DNA from: Podarcis filfolensis
Taxonomy: Eukaryota
Assembly: GCA_964270895.1 (NCBI GenBank)
Contig: OZ185440.1
Direction: 5' to 3' (one strand)
DNA: 64,000 nucleotides
Shown here: one piece after another, positions 49,965 through 62,611 of the stretch
Layout of the letters: the number at the start of each line of letters is the position of its first letter
How positions within the stretch are numbered: position 1 is the first letter of the stretch
Program-made: the position numbers and the translations under genes
The notes under the pieces: generated by a model
The model's input: only the letters and a program-made list of their open reading frames with translations
Told to the model about the DNA's origin: nothing
The model's database searches: none

Positions 49965-50340
49965 TGTCAGGGAACTGCCATCGGAGCCCGAGGGAGAGGG
50001 AGGGCTCCAGAGGGGTTCCGGAGAGCGTCCCGGGAGGGAGAGAAGCAGCCCATCTTCTGGGGAAGGAATTCAGTGTAGCACCAGTGGAGAAGGGGGGCAG
50101 ATGGGGGAATCGGAGAGGAGGCTCCAAGACTCCTCGACAGAGACCAGCGGAGAGAGCACGGGTCCTCCGCTGCCCACACCCTCCCTGCACAGAAGGCTTC
50201 CGTGCAGGGAGAGTAGGCGGAGACTAGGCGTCAAAGAGCTTCTTTGCTGGAAGAAGTTCAAGAAACGCCCACTGACGGATTCTGCCAGCGATTGAGACAG
50301 CCACGGGTGAGTGGCTGTCCGGACAGAAAGGGTTCACCCA
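49965..50340 (+). mobile_element. Probable LTR-type fragment with three hairpins
   Basis: GC/CpG-rich island in AT-rich flanks, starting TGTCAGGG and ending ...CCCA; no AATAAA seen. Confidence 0.4.
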
Positions 50341-51321
50341 GGTAACCTAGCCAGGTGTGGCATCGATTTACGCACGAGCAGCCCCTAGAACCATTACACT
50401 AGGCATAAGAATTTCATATTTAAATTGTTTTCCAGCTTGCTGTCACACAAAGTATCAGGCTATTTCTCATCATTCCCTGTGGAAATTGCCAGACAGCTTG
50501 CTATCGTGCACGATGATGGACAGATCTCTCCCTACAATTGCTAACTGTTTAGAAACTTGTTGCTGTATTCAGCTGCCAAGAGAAATACATGATTTATCAC
50601 TCCCGAGAATTTTAAATCACAGATACAATATTAACCATGTTGTGAAACATATTTTATGAAGATGTTAATACTTTTGAGAGACACTGGCTTTGGTTTCTAA
50701 TTCAAATATATTGTTATCTGTCCTCCATCCGCTGCTGCATTTGCTGCGCTTTATTTATGGACAATTTAAACATTTGTTTTAAACTATCATCTGCCCCCCC
50801 CCAACTGTTCCTTGGTTATGTCATACTTGTTGAGTTTCTACACAAGCAAAGGCTTTTAGCATAGTGGCACCAGTACCTTGGAGCACCGGAATCATACAGA
50901 CAGTCACAGTTCTGATATTTCACCATCTGCCGAAAGTATTTCTGTTTCAGGGAATTTTAGCGAATTAGTAATCCCTTGGGTTTATTTGGCTAAAATCTGG
51001 TTGGAGAAAGATAAAAGAGCTGAAGGTGCTTTGCACTGTGGTTTGTGGTGTGTGCTTTCATACCACAACTACTTCAGAGAAATAGGTTTTGTAGATTTAC
51101 ATCACAGCTGGTGTCAATATGCAGTATACCCGAGCGGTGATCTGGGCATCATCTCTGTGGCAAAGCCAGACAGTTGCCTTTTGTTGTTGCTGTTGTTTAT
51201 TTTACAGCACTTCAATAAGTGGGAGGCAGCTGGGTCTGGAAGCTACCATTTCAATTTCCAACAATGTACCCTGGAACAATGCTAAATCAGGGCCATAATG
51301 AGACATTAAAATTACAACTCC

Positions 51322-51335
51322 ACGCCACCTAGTGG
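51322..51335 (-). promoter_or_regulatory. CTCF motif
   Basis: Minus strand CCACTAGGTGGCGT is a close match to the CTCF core and lies outside recognisable repeats. Confidence 0.5.
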
Positions 51336-53424
51336 TGTTCATACTGCTGTTGCTTCATGCTTTGCTGTGCTCTTGCCACCACTGCCGAACAAGTTCATTC
51401 ACAAAGGAGGCCCACTGAATGGCAGTTTTCTGGTGAGCCCCCTAAGCCTGGGGCTGGTTTCCATCATGTTTCAACCCCCTTTCTAAAAGCAAGAGTGGGA
51501 CAAAATAAATGTTATGTGCATGCACCGGTGGTCGCAAAGATGTGACCCTCCAGATATTCCTGGACTACAACTCTCATGACCTCTGACCATTGGCCATATT
51601 GGTGGCAGCTGATGGGAGCCGGAGTTGAACACCAACAGGACGGCCACAGGATAGCAACTCCTTGTGTACACCCTGGGAGGCAGGGACAAACCCTTCTTCC
51701 TCTGTAACCATGCTTGTTTCCATCTTCAGCATGACCCGTGTAACAGTTGGCTGCTATCCAGAGTTGCTGTTCCACCATCAGCAGATATCCACTTGCATAG
51801 TGGAGCTCCCCTCTCCTCTCCTCACCCCTGCACAACCTTGAAATCTGCTCCAGGGGGTTATACCTAAGGATGGGGGAGAAACTCGATTCAGGACTCGTTA
51901 CTTCCACTTGCCCTGTGCCTAGAAAGCACAGGTCTGAGCAGTTTCCCCCTTGCCCCGTTCCTTTCCCAAGGAAAATCCACTCTTTAGCACTAAATCAGAG
52001 CAAACGTCAATGGGGGGGAGGACCCAATTTGCTGTTTGTGCCAATTGAGCACTAAAGAGTGGTTTACCCTGGGGGAAAGCAGCAGGAGAAGAGGAGGTCT
52101 GGGTGAGCCCTCAGTTTGCATTTAAAGGGGAAGCTATTGCATGAATTGGAACACAGCACTCCTTCAAAACCCTTCTCTGACTTTGTTCAGTGGAGGAAAC
52201 TAATGTGGAAATGTGCATAACTGAACGTAAGAACTGAAAAGTGAGAAAGTAGAGAGAGGAGAGCAAGGGGAAGTATCACTGTGCAAGTGGAAATCTACAC
52301 AAGCAGCGTTGGGTATGACCCATTGTAATTCCAATTTAGGGTTTCTTTGTCACAAGTTCACAAACGGAACATACCTATAGCACATTCGGGCTGAACTAAA
52401 CACGTTGATACTCAGATACCACAAATGAAAGTGTCACTGTATGAGATAAATGTCATAAATGTCCCAAATCTCAGTCCTCACAATTCAGAGCTGAGAAAAG
52501 CAAGTTAGGGCACAACTGCTCCACTCTGCTGAATCTGAGAAACCAAAGTTGCATAATGGCTCAAAAGATCAAACTATTGGTGATACAGGATGCTCAGTAA
52601 TGAAGAAGTATCCAGAGAAGCAATAATATTCCAGTAAACATTTAAACCAATAGTATGCCTGCCCAGTTTTGAGATTTATTGACTAAGGTAACAGAGAGGT
52701 CAAAGGCAATGAGCCTTCGACTCTGGTAAATTATGTTCCTGGTGACCTACTACAGGAATAATAATCGATCTCCTCTTGTAACTTCTGTACCTGCAGAAAA
52801 GGATGGTTAAATATGGGGGTCCCTTAAACAAAACCTTGAGAAGATCAAAGAGACAGCTTTACCTTTTTTAAAAACCGTTATTTATTTATTTATTTGCTTG
52901 ATTGTTTCCCTTTTTAAAATGAAAGATTTGTTTTAACTGAGACACAGGTCGCATTCCCACATCATGCTAGGCTACAGTTTAGTGTGATGTGCGTGAGCCT
53001 TCATGCAGCTGCAAGTAGGAGGTTTGTAAGCTTATGCTTCTATTTTTGTTTAACTACAGGTTGGATAACACACCATAACATAAGACAAGCCCACCTGGAT
53101 CAGGACAGAGTCTCACATGGTCCAGCATCCTGTTTCCACTGTGTGTCATAACCCCTATATCCAGCAGTGCTCTGGGCACAGTGTTAGAAGCTGCAGGGGC
53201 CACCATGGGGAGCCAGGTCTGGACTCAGAACTGACTGCAGAAGATAAGGAGGCCATTGCACCTGAGGTGGTTGGACAAGAATTCAGGTGTGGAAAACGTT
53301 TGGCCCTCCAGATGTTGCCGAACTGCAACTTCCATAATCCCTGGTCATTGATCATGCTTGCTGAGGCTGGGGGAAGTTGTCGTTCAGCTATATCTGGAGG
53401 GCCAAAGGTTCCCCATGCCTGCTG

Positions 53425-53750
53425 TTAATTATATCTTTTCATCGTCTTCCCACCAGTTTTCCCAGAACAGATGTTAAGCCAACCAGCCTGCAATTTCATA
53501 GATCTCCTCTGGATCCCTTTATTAAAAATGGATGTTACAATGGCCACTTTCCACTCCTCAAGAAAAGAGGCTGGTTTTAGGGAGAAGACACATGTTTTTC
53601 TTAAAAGATCAGCAATTTCACATTTGAATTCTTTTAAGAACTCCCAGCCGGATGCTGTTCAGACCCAATGATTCGTCTGCTTTTATTTTGTCAACGTGTC
53701 ATCTGTTGTCACCTCCACTTGCCTCAGTTCTTCAGATTCCCTTCCTGAGG
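53425..53750 (-). mobile_element. CR1 ORF2 fragment
   Basis: Matches the CR1 at 1060-1200 (ccaccagttttcc...cagatgttaag...ctggatc). Confidence 0.7.
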
Positions 53751-56700
53751 AAAAATCTCTATGCTGAATGTTAAAACCTGGTTAGATTATATTTCACACC
53801 TAGGTTTCTACCTAGAGTGAGATTAGGAGCAAACTTTGGTTTACAGGCTCATTTCCTCACTTCCTTCACCGTAGGTAGGAGATAACACATAAACCACATA
53901 TTTGTACCTGTGGTTTTTAGTCTTTTGCATCCAGGATCTCCAGGTTAATTTAGTCACTCAAATTTTAGTCCATTTTAATGCCTTGTGCCTGAAAAGAGGG
54001 ACGAGAGGAAGCATTTGCTCTGAGGCATACTCCTCATCTGCCCTTGGATAGATCTGTGGGAGCAGAGCTAACTAAATCTAGCATGGTCAATGTTCAAAGA
54101 TGATGGGGCTGTAGAGGATCACCAACATCTGGAGGGCCACAGATTTCCTACCCCTGCTTTAACAAGAGATGCAAACATACTGAGATATTGGCCTTCCCCA
54201 GATCGCTAAAATGCTACCAAGACATAAACATATTGACTTCACTTGACAACTTGATGAGACATTGAAGTTGGTAGACTCCCAGGCTGAGCCACATATGTAC
54301 GGCTGGGACTTGACAACCTACCTCATATGTTCACTAGAACGCTCTGTCACCGCCACATATTTTGACAGGCATGAAGAACCACTGATCTTTGGGATGACAG
54401 ATTATTCCACAGGCTGCAGCATCTAAGATCCAGGTAGCAGAAACAGCCAGCTGCTTCCAGCTGAAAGTGAGCATCGGGAAACACTCCATTTTATGAGGCC
54501 ATGGTCATGTGTGTTGATTGTGCAACCACCAAACCCAAACTAAACTTTGCCAGTAGACTCCATAAAAAGCAGAGGGGTGGCAGTGTTTACCATTGGATGG
54601 GCTTTTTCCAGCACAGCAGATCAGACGAATGCAGACGAACTCTCAAGGCTTCGGCTGCAACAAGGGGGGTGTTTTATTTCACTGGCAAGACACGGAAGGA
54701 GGAAATCTCCAAGTGGATGAAATCATTGCTGTGAAGCTTTGCTTGTATATTTTAAGGCAATCGGAAGCCAAGACAATGCTTTGGAAGCAATTTATGGTGG
54801 TAAAAGGGTGCTTCCCCCGTTACCGAATGCATCAAGCTGGCCTGACCTGGCTTCCTACATGGACACATGCCAGTACAAACTGTCTGTGATAGGTGCTGCC
54901 AAAAGAAATTGTCATTCATTGCAAGCCGGCTCCATCTGGCACCTTCCACTATACAAACAAACTGATGGATTGACTGTGAGCTCAGGAAGTGACAGTGAAA
55001 TGCAATTCTCCATTTTATGCCCTTCTTTGTGCAGTAGTGTAGGTCTGTGTACGTTGCTCCAAAGAACTTTGCAAGTTATTGGGCAGCTAGCAAACAGCCC
55101 ATCATAGTTTTGTTTTTGTTTTTCTTTTTTGTGGGAAGCAGGTCTGGGGAGTTCTCCAGCTCTTCCTCTACCATTCCTTTCACTCCTGCTGTTAACCCTT
55201 CCCCACCCCTTACCTCCAAGCTCCATCCTCTGCTCACCCCCCCCCCCCAGCTGATGAGAAATCTCGCAAATTCCCTACTTTTAATTAGAGCAGCTGTGAG
55301 AAATTTCTGAGGTTACTGTACTCTTGAAGTCTATTTCTTTGCACGTGTACATCTATCGGACATGCAGGTGGCCTACGCAAATAATGCACACCTCAGTGAA
55401 ACGTTCCAGCATTTAGTAACTGTGAAGACATTAGGCACAAAGACAGAGATTCCTAGTAGAACATTGGGACGCATTCTTGTGAATGCTATCAACAAGCATG
55501 TGCCAAAAATAATGGTTGGCAACCCGCTCACACAAACATACAAATCTCCCAAGCCAGATGACATCAGAATATCCTTCCACCATTGGCCTGTGTGGTGCAA
55601 CCACGCAGCCCCGACCTCACAATCACCCTACATTGGAGGGGTTCACAGCATCAACACCCCAAGAGAGCCTTGCTTCCCTCGTAGCTGCAGCCTTGGATTC
55701 AAACAGAAACCCGGCATGGCTCTGTCTCTCTCAGTTCCTCGCCTGCTGCTTTCCTTTTTGCTCACATCACTTCACTCTGCCATCAACTCTGGCTTTGTCT
55801 TTCTAACTACCTGCAAGTTGAGGGAAGAAACCCTATCCATTTGCTATCTCCCACAGAGCCACTTCCTCTGCGCTCCTTAATGGCTCATCGCCTCACCAGG
55901 AAGCTAGCTTGGCTATTCCAGGAATTAGAAGGGAGTCAAAGCATTCAGCCTGCCCTCCACCCAAAAAAATACTCACAACACTACTTTCAAGCATCTGTTT
56001 TCTCATCCACAACCTTAGATTCTTAGGTGTACATGTGAAACATCTCGGCTTCCCCTCACCCAGAACAGCCAAAAATAGGAATGCAAGAAGCCCATGACTC
56101 TGTGGTTGACATCTGCCTTGCATGTAGAAGGCCTCAGCTTCAGTCACCGGGATGTCCAGATATGGATTGGAGACATCCCTACCTGAAATCCTGGGGAACC
56201 ACTCTCAAGCTAGATAGAAAGTCTGGTTCAGTATACAGCAGCTTCTAGTGTTCCTATGTCTGAACAGAAAAAACACAGGCATCTTCAAGATCCCTTCATC
56301 GCCCTGGGGAAAAAAAAAGGTATAGCAAGACAGTTTCAACTGGAAAAAAGCCCTTTAACTGGTATGTCTGGATAATCCCTCAGGCTCCTCCTGCAGTCGA
56401 TACAGCTACCTCCTGCTTCCTTGCATCTGTGAACATTTCCTGTTCTTTTCAGCCTCTATTAAAGAAGGCTATTCCAGAAAAGCAGACAAAACACAAGTCA
56501 TTATGTACTTTGGGGCAAGAGAAAATAGCATACTTTGCTCGGTGCTTTTCTAATGTATTGGATGGGAACCAGCATCAAAGCTCTGAAATGTTTGGAGAAT
56601 CTCAGCTCTATTCCAATGGGTATACTTTGTCCCGCCTGAGAATATCATTCTTTTAATTTCCTCCTGGACCTGTCTTCGCAACAGTTGAGAAAGGAGACCT

Positions 56701-57200
56701 CGTCAGGAGTGTCAGTTACACGAGGATCAGTTATCTAGAAGGGGATTAGAATGCTGGAAATGTTTCCTTGCCCACCAGACATCTGAAAAAGTTGGAGGTG
56801 GGAAACAAGCCGGCCTGTGCCATGTCTGCACTTCCTTCGTTCATGTTTTCCTGCTCAAAAGAGAGAAGGCCGCAAAAGGAATTCATAATTGTCTGAGAAC
56901 TCCAGTGGACCTGCCTCCCCTAGAGGAGCTGTTTCATTAAAGAAATATCCTTTGGTGTCACTATTAATACAGCTCTTGGCTGGAATTTTCTTTGTTGATG
57001 ACAACTATCGTTTTGCTCTCCTGGTGAGAATTAAAAGAGCCTGAGTGATGTTTTAAAGTTGCTGAGAGGCGCTTTTGGCAAGAAACCTCCACTGCCAAAG
57101 TTGAGAGTCTTCCTTAAAGTGAGCGAAGCAGTTTCACAGCTAGTTCAATACTTGCCCTGTGGTGGCTGCTGCTGCCCACTGCGACTGGTGGAATGGAAGT

Positions 57201-57202
57201 CG

Positions 57203-57233
<31 letters not shown>
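57201..57233. repeat. (TCA)n microsatellite
   Basis: Seen directly; explains the poly-S and poly-D ORFs. Confidence 0.95.
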
Positions 57234-57234
<1 letters not shown>

Positions 57235-57572
57235 TACAAGGGCAAATCTGAGTCTCAGGAGGAAGATGGCAACCTGAGCCACTCCCTGCTCTGACAGGGA
57301 CCAATTTTCACTGGAACTGTGATTCGACATCTGGTTGGCCACTGTGAGAACAGGATGCTGGACTCGATGGAACTTTGGCTTGATTCATTCAGATCTTTTC
57401 CTCACCCAGCTATTTTTGATCCTTCCACCAAAACTACCAGGGATAGAACCTGGAACTTGGTAGATGCAGAGCACATGCTGCAACTGCCATCACATTTCTG
57501 AACTGCGTGGACAGCTTGCCACCAGGTTTGCTGCTTGTATTGTTAATAAATGCTTAGCAGATTAGAATATCA

Positions 57573-58593
57573 TTTATTACGGCCATAGGCCCATACAGGT
57601 AAAAACAACACATAAATAACAGTTTGTGCCGTAAGGAGAAAAAAAAAACGATCGCTAAAACACCACTATAACAATAAAATACTATAAAATGGAAAGGCAT
57701 GCTACGCCTTAATTAGCTGTAGAGCTCCTTGGCGTCGCTTTTGGGAAAGGACAGCAACTAGGAACCTAGCCACCTTCAGGGTCGTGTGGGTATCCTTGTC
57801 CTGCAAGATTTGGGCAAGGTGGAATTTTGGTGGGGTACCCTCTAGTTTCTGTATGATTGATCCCAACAAATTTGCCCGTGGCACATTAAACAAGGGGCAA
57901 GTGAACATAATGTGCTGGAGCGACTCCGGCGTCACCTTATCACATTCGCACACAGCGGGGGCTTGGCCCTTTGAGAACCTATGTCTCAGGACATTAGAGG
58001 GAAAAACGTTAAACCTCGCTTTGGTGAAGGCCAGTCTATGGGCAACAGTCGAAAGGGAGGAGAGGTATGATGGAACGCAGTAAGTTAAAGTGATACCAAT
58101 GTTCTGGGGCGAACAAACACCTCCCCCCAGCGTATAATTTCGCTGTAAATCGATGTCATCCAGTCTTTGGCGGATCAGTCTCTGAGCAGTGATTTGGTCT
58201 AGTTTTAGGGAATCTGAGGGAGAGATTCCATAACTCAGGAGTTTGGCATGAATTCTACTAGTCCAAAGGCTAGAGAATTCATCTCGCCATAAGCATTGGG
58301 CAAGGTAATGGTTTGGTAATCTATGCCACAATGATAGCCAGTAATTGAAGACTGCTTAGCAGATTTTTCAGGGAGGTTNNNNNNNNNNNNNNNNNNNNNN
58401 NNNNNNNNNNNNNNNNNNNNNNNNNNNNNNNNNNNNNNNNNNNNNNNNNNNNNNNNNNNNNNNNNNNNNNNNNNNNNNNNNNNNNNNNNNNNNNNNNNNN
58501 NNNNNNNNNNNNNNNNNNNNNNNNNNNNNNNNNNNNNNTCGCACCAAAGCAAGAAAACTGGCAAGTCTCTCCACATGTTTGTGCTGAGACCAA
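57573..58593 (-). mobile_element. Non-LTR retrotransposon ORF2 C-terminus (RTE-X/I-like), spanning the gap
   Basis: HRLAFTKARFNVFPS...VCECDKVTPESLQHIMFTCPLF is related to 18490-18942 and has the same hairpin + AATAAA end. Whether sequence right of the gap belongs to it is uncertain. Confidence 0.72.
58379..58538. other. Assembly gap (160 N)
   Basis: Run of N. Confidence 1.
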
Positions 58594-58666
58594 GATAGAT
58601 AGATATAGATTAGATATAGATATAGATATAGATATAGATATAGATATAGATATAGATATAGATATA
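58594..58666. repeat. (ATAG)n/(ATATAG)n microsatellite
   Basis: Seen directly. Confidence 0.95.
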
Positions 58667-59830
58667 AAACAAGATTTATGTGCTGCTTAATTTAAAACAA
58701 CAACAGCATTCTCAAATGGTCTTACATACAGTAATCACCACCCGTGATGTGCTTAATTCATACAGTTGCCACTGAATATAGGGAAATGCCACTAACATTT
58801 TAAGGTAAATGTGGAGGCTCCTTCTTGAGAGAATCATCCAAGAAATATTGAGGAAACTGAAAAGACTTTCAATAAAAGTAATAAAATGCCTTGAGAAGGG
58901 GAGGGTGCATAATTGTTTATTTATTATTTTATTCATTTAATGTGTGCTCTGCTCCTTATTACAAGTAATCCCAGGGCGTATTTCAACAATTAGAAGATGA
59001 TAATAATAATATAACAATAAAATATAGTAAAATGTCATCAGTGATAATATATTCTGTCATATTTTCTCTGACCAGTTAGCAAACCTATTCAAAAGCCTGG
59101 AAGAAGGCAACTAGCTTCAGCTGGTGTCGGAAAATGGGCAGAGTAGGTGCTGGCCAAACTTCATAGGGAAAGATGTTCCATAAGTAAACTTAATTGATTT
59201 CCACATCCTTAGCACTTAGTCCCCTTTCCGCTGCAAGCCGTGATCAGGGAACCATGTATCACTTATTTATGGAAGAATTTCTATGCTGCTATATAATGAA
59301 ATACCAAGGCAATCTACACTGCTAACACATAAAACATCATTTACAAAAAAGGTTTTTTTATTAAAACAAAAAGAGAAGCAGAGACCCTTCAGTGTAAAGG
59401 CTAAAAAGTGAAGCTGATGAACATCAGAGAGTCAGTACAGAGAGTAAGGCCTGGTTCAGATGTTTGCCTGTTGCTCCATGTGCAGTGAAGGACGCAGTTG
59501 CATGAAGGAAGTAGCATCTGACCTGGCACACCCACAGATACAGCCTCTGCTTCCCAGCCGTGATTCACATGACTGCATGAGAAAATCCATACCCCTATTC
59601 ATGCCTCTCAAGGCCAGGAAGTGATGGCTGTATATAAGGAATCAGATGTTGCTTTGTCACTGTGGCTCTCTGTCAAGAAAGTGATGAAAATCTGTGCTCA
59701 CCACTAGAACACAATCAGTTCAGTTAAGGCACATTTGGTCCTATTCGTTTCAACAGAAGAGGTTTGGGCGAACTATCTATTGAAATGAATGGGACATCAT
59801 TTTGGCTGAATTGGACTCTTTCCTATAGAG

Positions 59831-60036
59831 CAGGCACACCCAACTCCCAAGAGACTGCGATCTACTAGCAGTATAAAAAAACCGGCTGTGATCTACCTAT
59901 TGTCATTGCCAGGAGTTGTTGAGTTTTCTTCAGGGGAGGGTTGGCCAAAGGCGATCACTAAAATTCATACCGCAATCTACATGGGACACCCCCGTGATCT
60001 ACCAGTAGATCACGATCTACCTGTTAGACATGCCTG
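59831..60036. mobile_element. hAT MITE
   Basis: Ends caggcacacccaac / gttagacatgcctg, repeated gatctac motifs, exact 8-bp TSD ctatagag. Confidence 0.88.
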
Positions 60037-60386
60037 CTATAGAGTATTTGCAAGTGGATGTCATGCAAACTTACCAGCCTAAGCTAAACATAACCATGTC
60101 AGATAAGCAACGCTTGTGCCAATGAGTCCTAGTTTATTGATGCTATCAGAGGTACCTCTTTGGACTACTATGTGTTTGCACAGCCCCAGCTGCTTGAGCA
60201 GTCCTGGGTGCTGTACACACAGCCTGTATTTATACTCACAAGTCCTTCATCAGCTATACACCCACAGAAGCCTACTTCTCAAAGCATATTTTCTCTCCTA
60301 GTAAGCAGATCCTAGCACAGTGGCCTTTGAATTGTTTCAGTGGGAACAAAGTGTGCAACACGGGAGCAAGCCAGTAGATGGGTCCC

Positions 60387-60388
<2 letters not shown>

Positions 60389-60442
<54 letters not shown>
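60389..60442. repeat. (TA)n microsatellite
   Basis: Seen directly. Confidence 0.95.
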
Positions 60443-60446
<4 letters not shown>

Positions 60447-61855
60447 TCTTCTTCATATATTTTGAGTTTGAGAAATTGACTCTATTGAAGCCATCCGTTT
60501 GCATAAACAACTTGACTATCTTCTTGCCATATCCAATCTAAAACCACTGTAATAATGTGAAACCTTGTTTATTTCAAGCTCGCAATATTTACCAATGCAA
60601 ACCATACCCAAATGGTAGTCTGAAACTTCCTTACCAATTCTTTCCTTTCCTTTATTTTTATTTTTTTCAAACAGGCTTCTCTGTTAGAAAGATATATTCA
60701 CATATAATTCAATGTGGCTTGTTTAAAACTGTACAGTTGGTAGCTTAATATATATTTTTTGTATTTGGAGTACAAAGGCTATATTATGCTTTTGTTGGCA
60801 TCCTTGCTAGTCCGCATGCCAGCGGCATAATTTTCTTCTCTGCAATATGTCAGGCTCTGAGTGCCGAGGGCTCAACAGGTGGCGGTTGGATAAAGTTCTG
60901 GCAAATCAAATAGGTAATGTGGTTATTTCTTTTGTCAAATTATAATTAGAAGCAGATCGGAGTCAAAATGAAACTCATATTTTTTTGCTGGTCCAAACAG
61001 AGTGTGAAATTAAATACAATCAGTTTCTATGACAAAGGCACATCACTGTAGAAGTTTGTTCCTTGTACAAATGTAACCACCTTAACTTTGATCAGGAATC
61101 ATGCTAATACTTGTACAGTTCTCAGCATAAAAAGATATCAGCATCAATATTAAGGATACTTTAAAAAACCCCACCATTTTACTCTACCAGGATTTTCTTT
61201 CAAGCATGCTTCACTTGCCTCCTCGGTGCTTATCTGGAAAAGTCTTCTCCCAACCCTCTGCCTTCAGGCATGTACCGCCTTATAATTTGAATCCCAGTGA
61301 TAGCTTGTTTTTATCGTGTACAGTGGTGGTTGGTTCCCCACCATTGAATGAGTGCCTCTAAAATATCTATTTCACTTTTCCTATGTGAACATGAATTGTG
61401 GGAATGAGTCACCCAAAGCCAGACAGTAGGACTGTGGCAGAAAATCCTTACATACAATCAATCCTTGGCTTACTTTTAATAAAGAAATGCTTCTTCTTGT
61501 TGCTTAATGTGATTCAGCCAATCAGGGATCATATAATCAGTGAGATGGCACTGTAGTGATATGTAGCCAATCAGATTTTGTTATATAATTGTGTCATAAA
61601 GCCAAATAAGAGTGAGATCAATGCTTTCTAATCTCACTGGTAAAAAAAAAAAATTGCTCTGTTTTGCAGGCCCATGAACTTTTGCCTAAAGGGGCAGAAA
61701 CAAATTTCACAGAGTATTTTGTTCACTGGTTTATTGAAATGACCCATCTCCTTCATTCTGTTTCATCCCTTTGGTTCATCCATAATGCAGATTAAGAACT
61801 AAAGCGGAAATGAGAGGATCTGGGCCATGGTTAGGTAAAGCCACTTCCGAACTAG

Positions 61856-62611
61856 TGAGGAGGTGGAGTTGTGGGCTTCACACCCCCTCCATGTCTGCGG
61901 GAGCTGGCCCTCAGCCTCCACGCGATTGAGGGAATCCCCGGCCGCGTCATCCCCTGGCCAGCCAATCGGCTGGCTTGGGGGGAGTGGCCTGGGCTATTTA
62001 GCCCCAGCACGGCCAGGGATCTCCCTCTTTTGCCGCTGCAGCTGCTCCGGTTTCCTACCCTCCCGCCCTTTAAGGTTTTCCTTTGTCCTTGCGATGGACC
62101 TTGGTTGGTCGTTGTTAAGGGGCCTGGTAGGAATTTTTTCCACTTGGCAAATTGGCACCAGCCACTTGGTTTTTCACCTACCTCGTAGCAAATCATCAAA
62201 ACTTCCTTGGATTGGTGGTTAGGGATTGGTATGGGTATTGTTATGTAGATGAAGGGGGAGGGTAGTCCGACAAAGGGTAGTCCATACTGAAGGGTAGTCT
62301 GATAAAAGATTGGGGGGGGCATGGCCCTGTCCGAAGCTTGAGGTGAGGGCCTAAGGCATGCCCCCGAGCAGTGACCCCAGGGGAGTTCCGAGTTGATGTG
62401 CATCAGCAGGACTCCCTCTACTGGTGGTTAACCCTTCCCGGACTTCATGCAATCAGGCTGAAGCCGGATAGTCGGTTAGGACCAATGCCTAAGCCAATAG
62501 CGCTCATCACCTGTAACCAATAAAGTTGTGGCCAATTTTTGCCCCTTAACCTAAAATAACTGTGTCATGTGTCATTATTTCCACCGGGGGGAGGCGGGAA
62601 CTAGCCACGCA
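61856..62611 (+). mobile_element. Solo-LTR-like element, copy 2
   Basis: CCAAT 61962-61966, TATTTA 61995-62000, AATAAA 62519-62524; block homology to 21183-21976. gaactag occurs at 61849-61855 and 62598-62604 (possible TSD). Confidence 0.7.
62126..62182 (+). other. ENE-like U-rich internal-loop RNA hairpin (copy 2)
   Basis: GGUAGG-AA-U6-CCA-CU-UGGC...GCCA-CU-UGG-U5-CA-CCUACC. Confidence 0.55.

Noticed and set aside
50272-50329. Possible hammerhead ribozyme (CUGAC...GAAA)
   Set aside because: Core is CUGACGG rather than CUGANGA, and stems I/III with a cleavage triplet could not be built.
54501-55107. Several ORFs, one with a PH-domain-like FYFTGKTRKEEISKWMKSLL
   Set aside because: Resemblance is limited to one short segment and there are no supporting splice sites in that frame.
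55362-55880. 172-aa ORF considered as an endogenous viral gene
   Set aside because: No viral or transposase motif recognised; low-complexity C-terminal half. A BLASTX search would be decisive.
58235-58593. ORFs spanning X runs
   Set aside because: Artefacts of the N gap.
62126-62260. MALAT1-type triple helix with mascRNA
   Set aside because: No AAAAAGCAAAA-like tract or tRNA-like structure follows the U-rich hairpin, and none was seen elsewhere.
62259-62299. Three copies of agggtagtc in LTR-like copy 2
   Set aside because: Short local tandem duplication not seen in copy 1; no sign of function.
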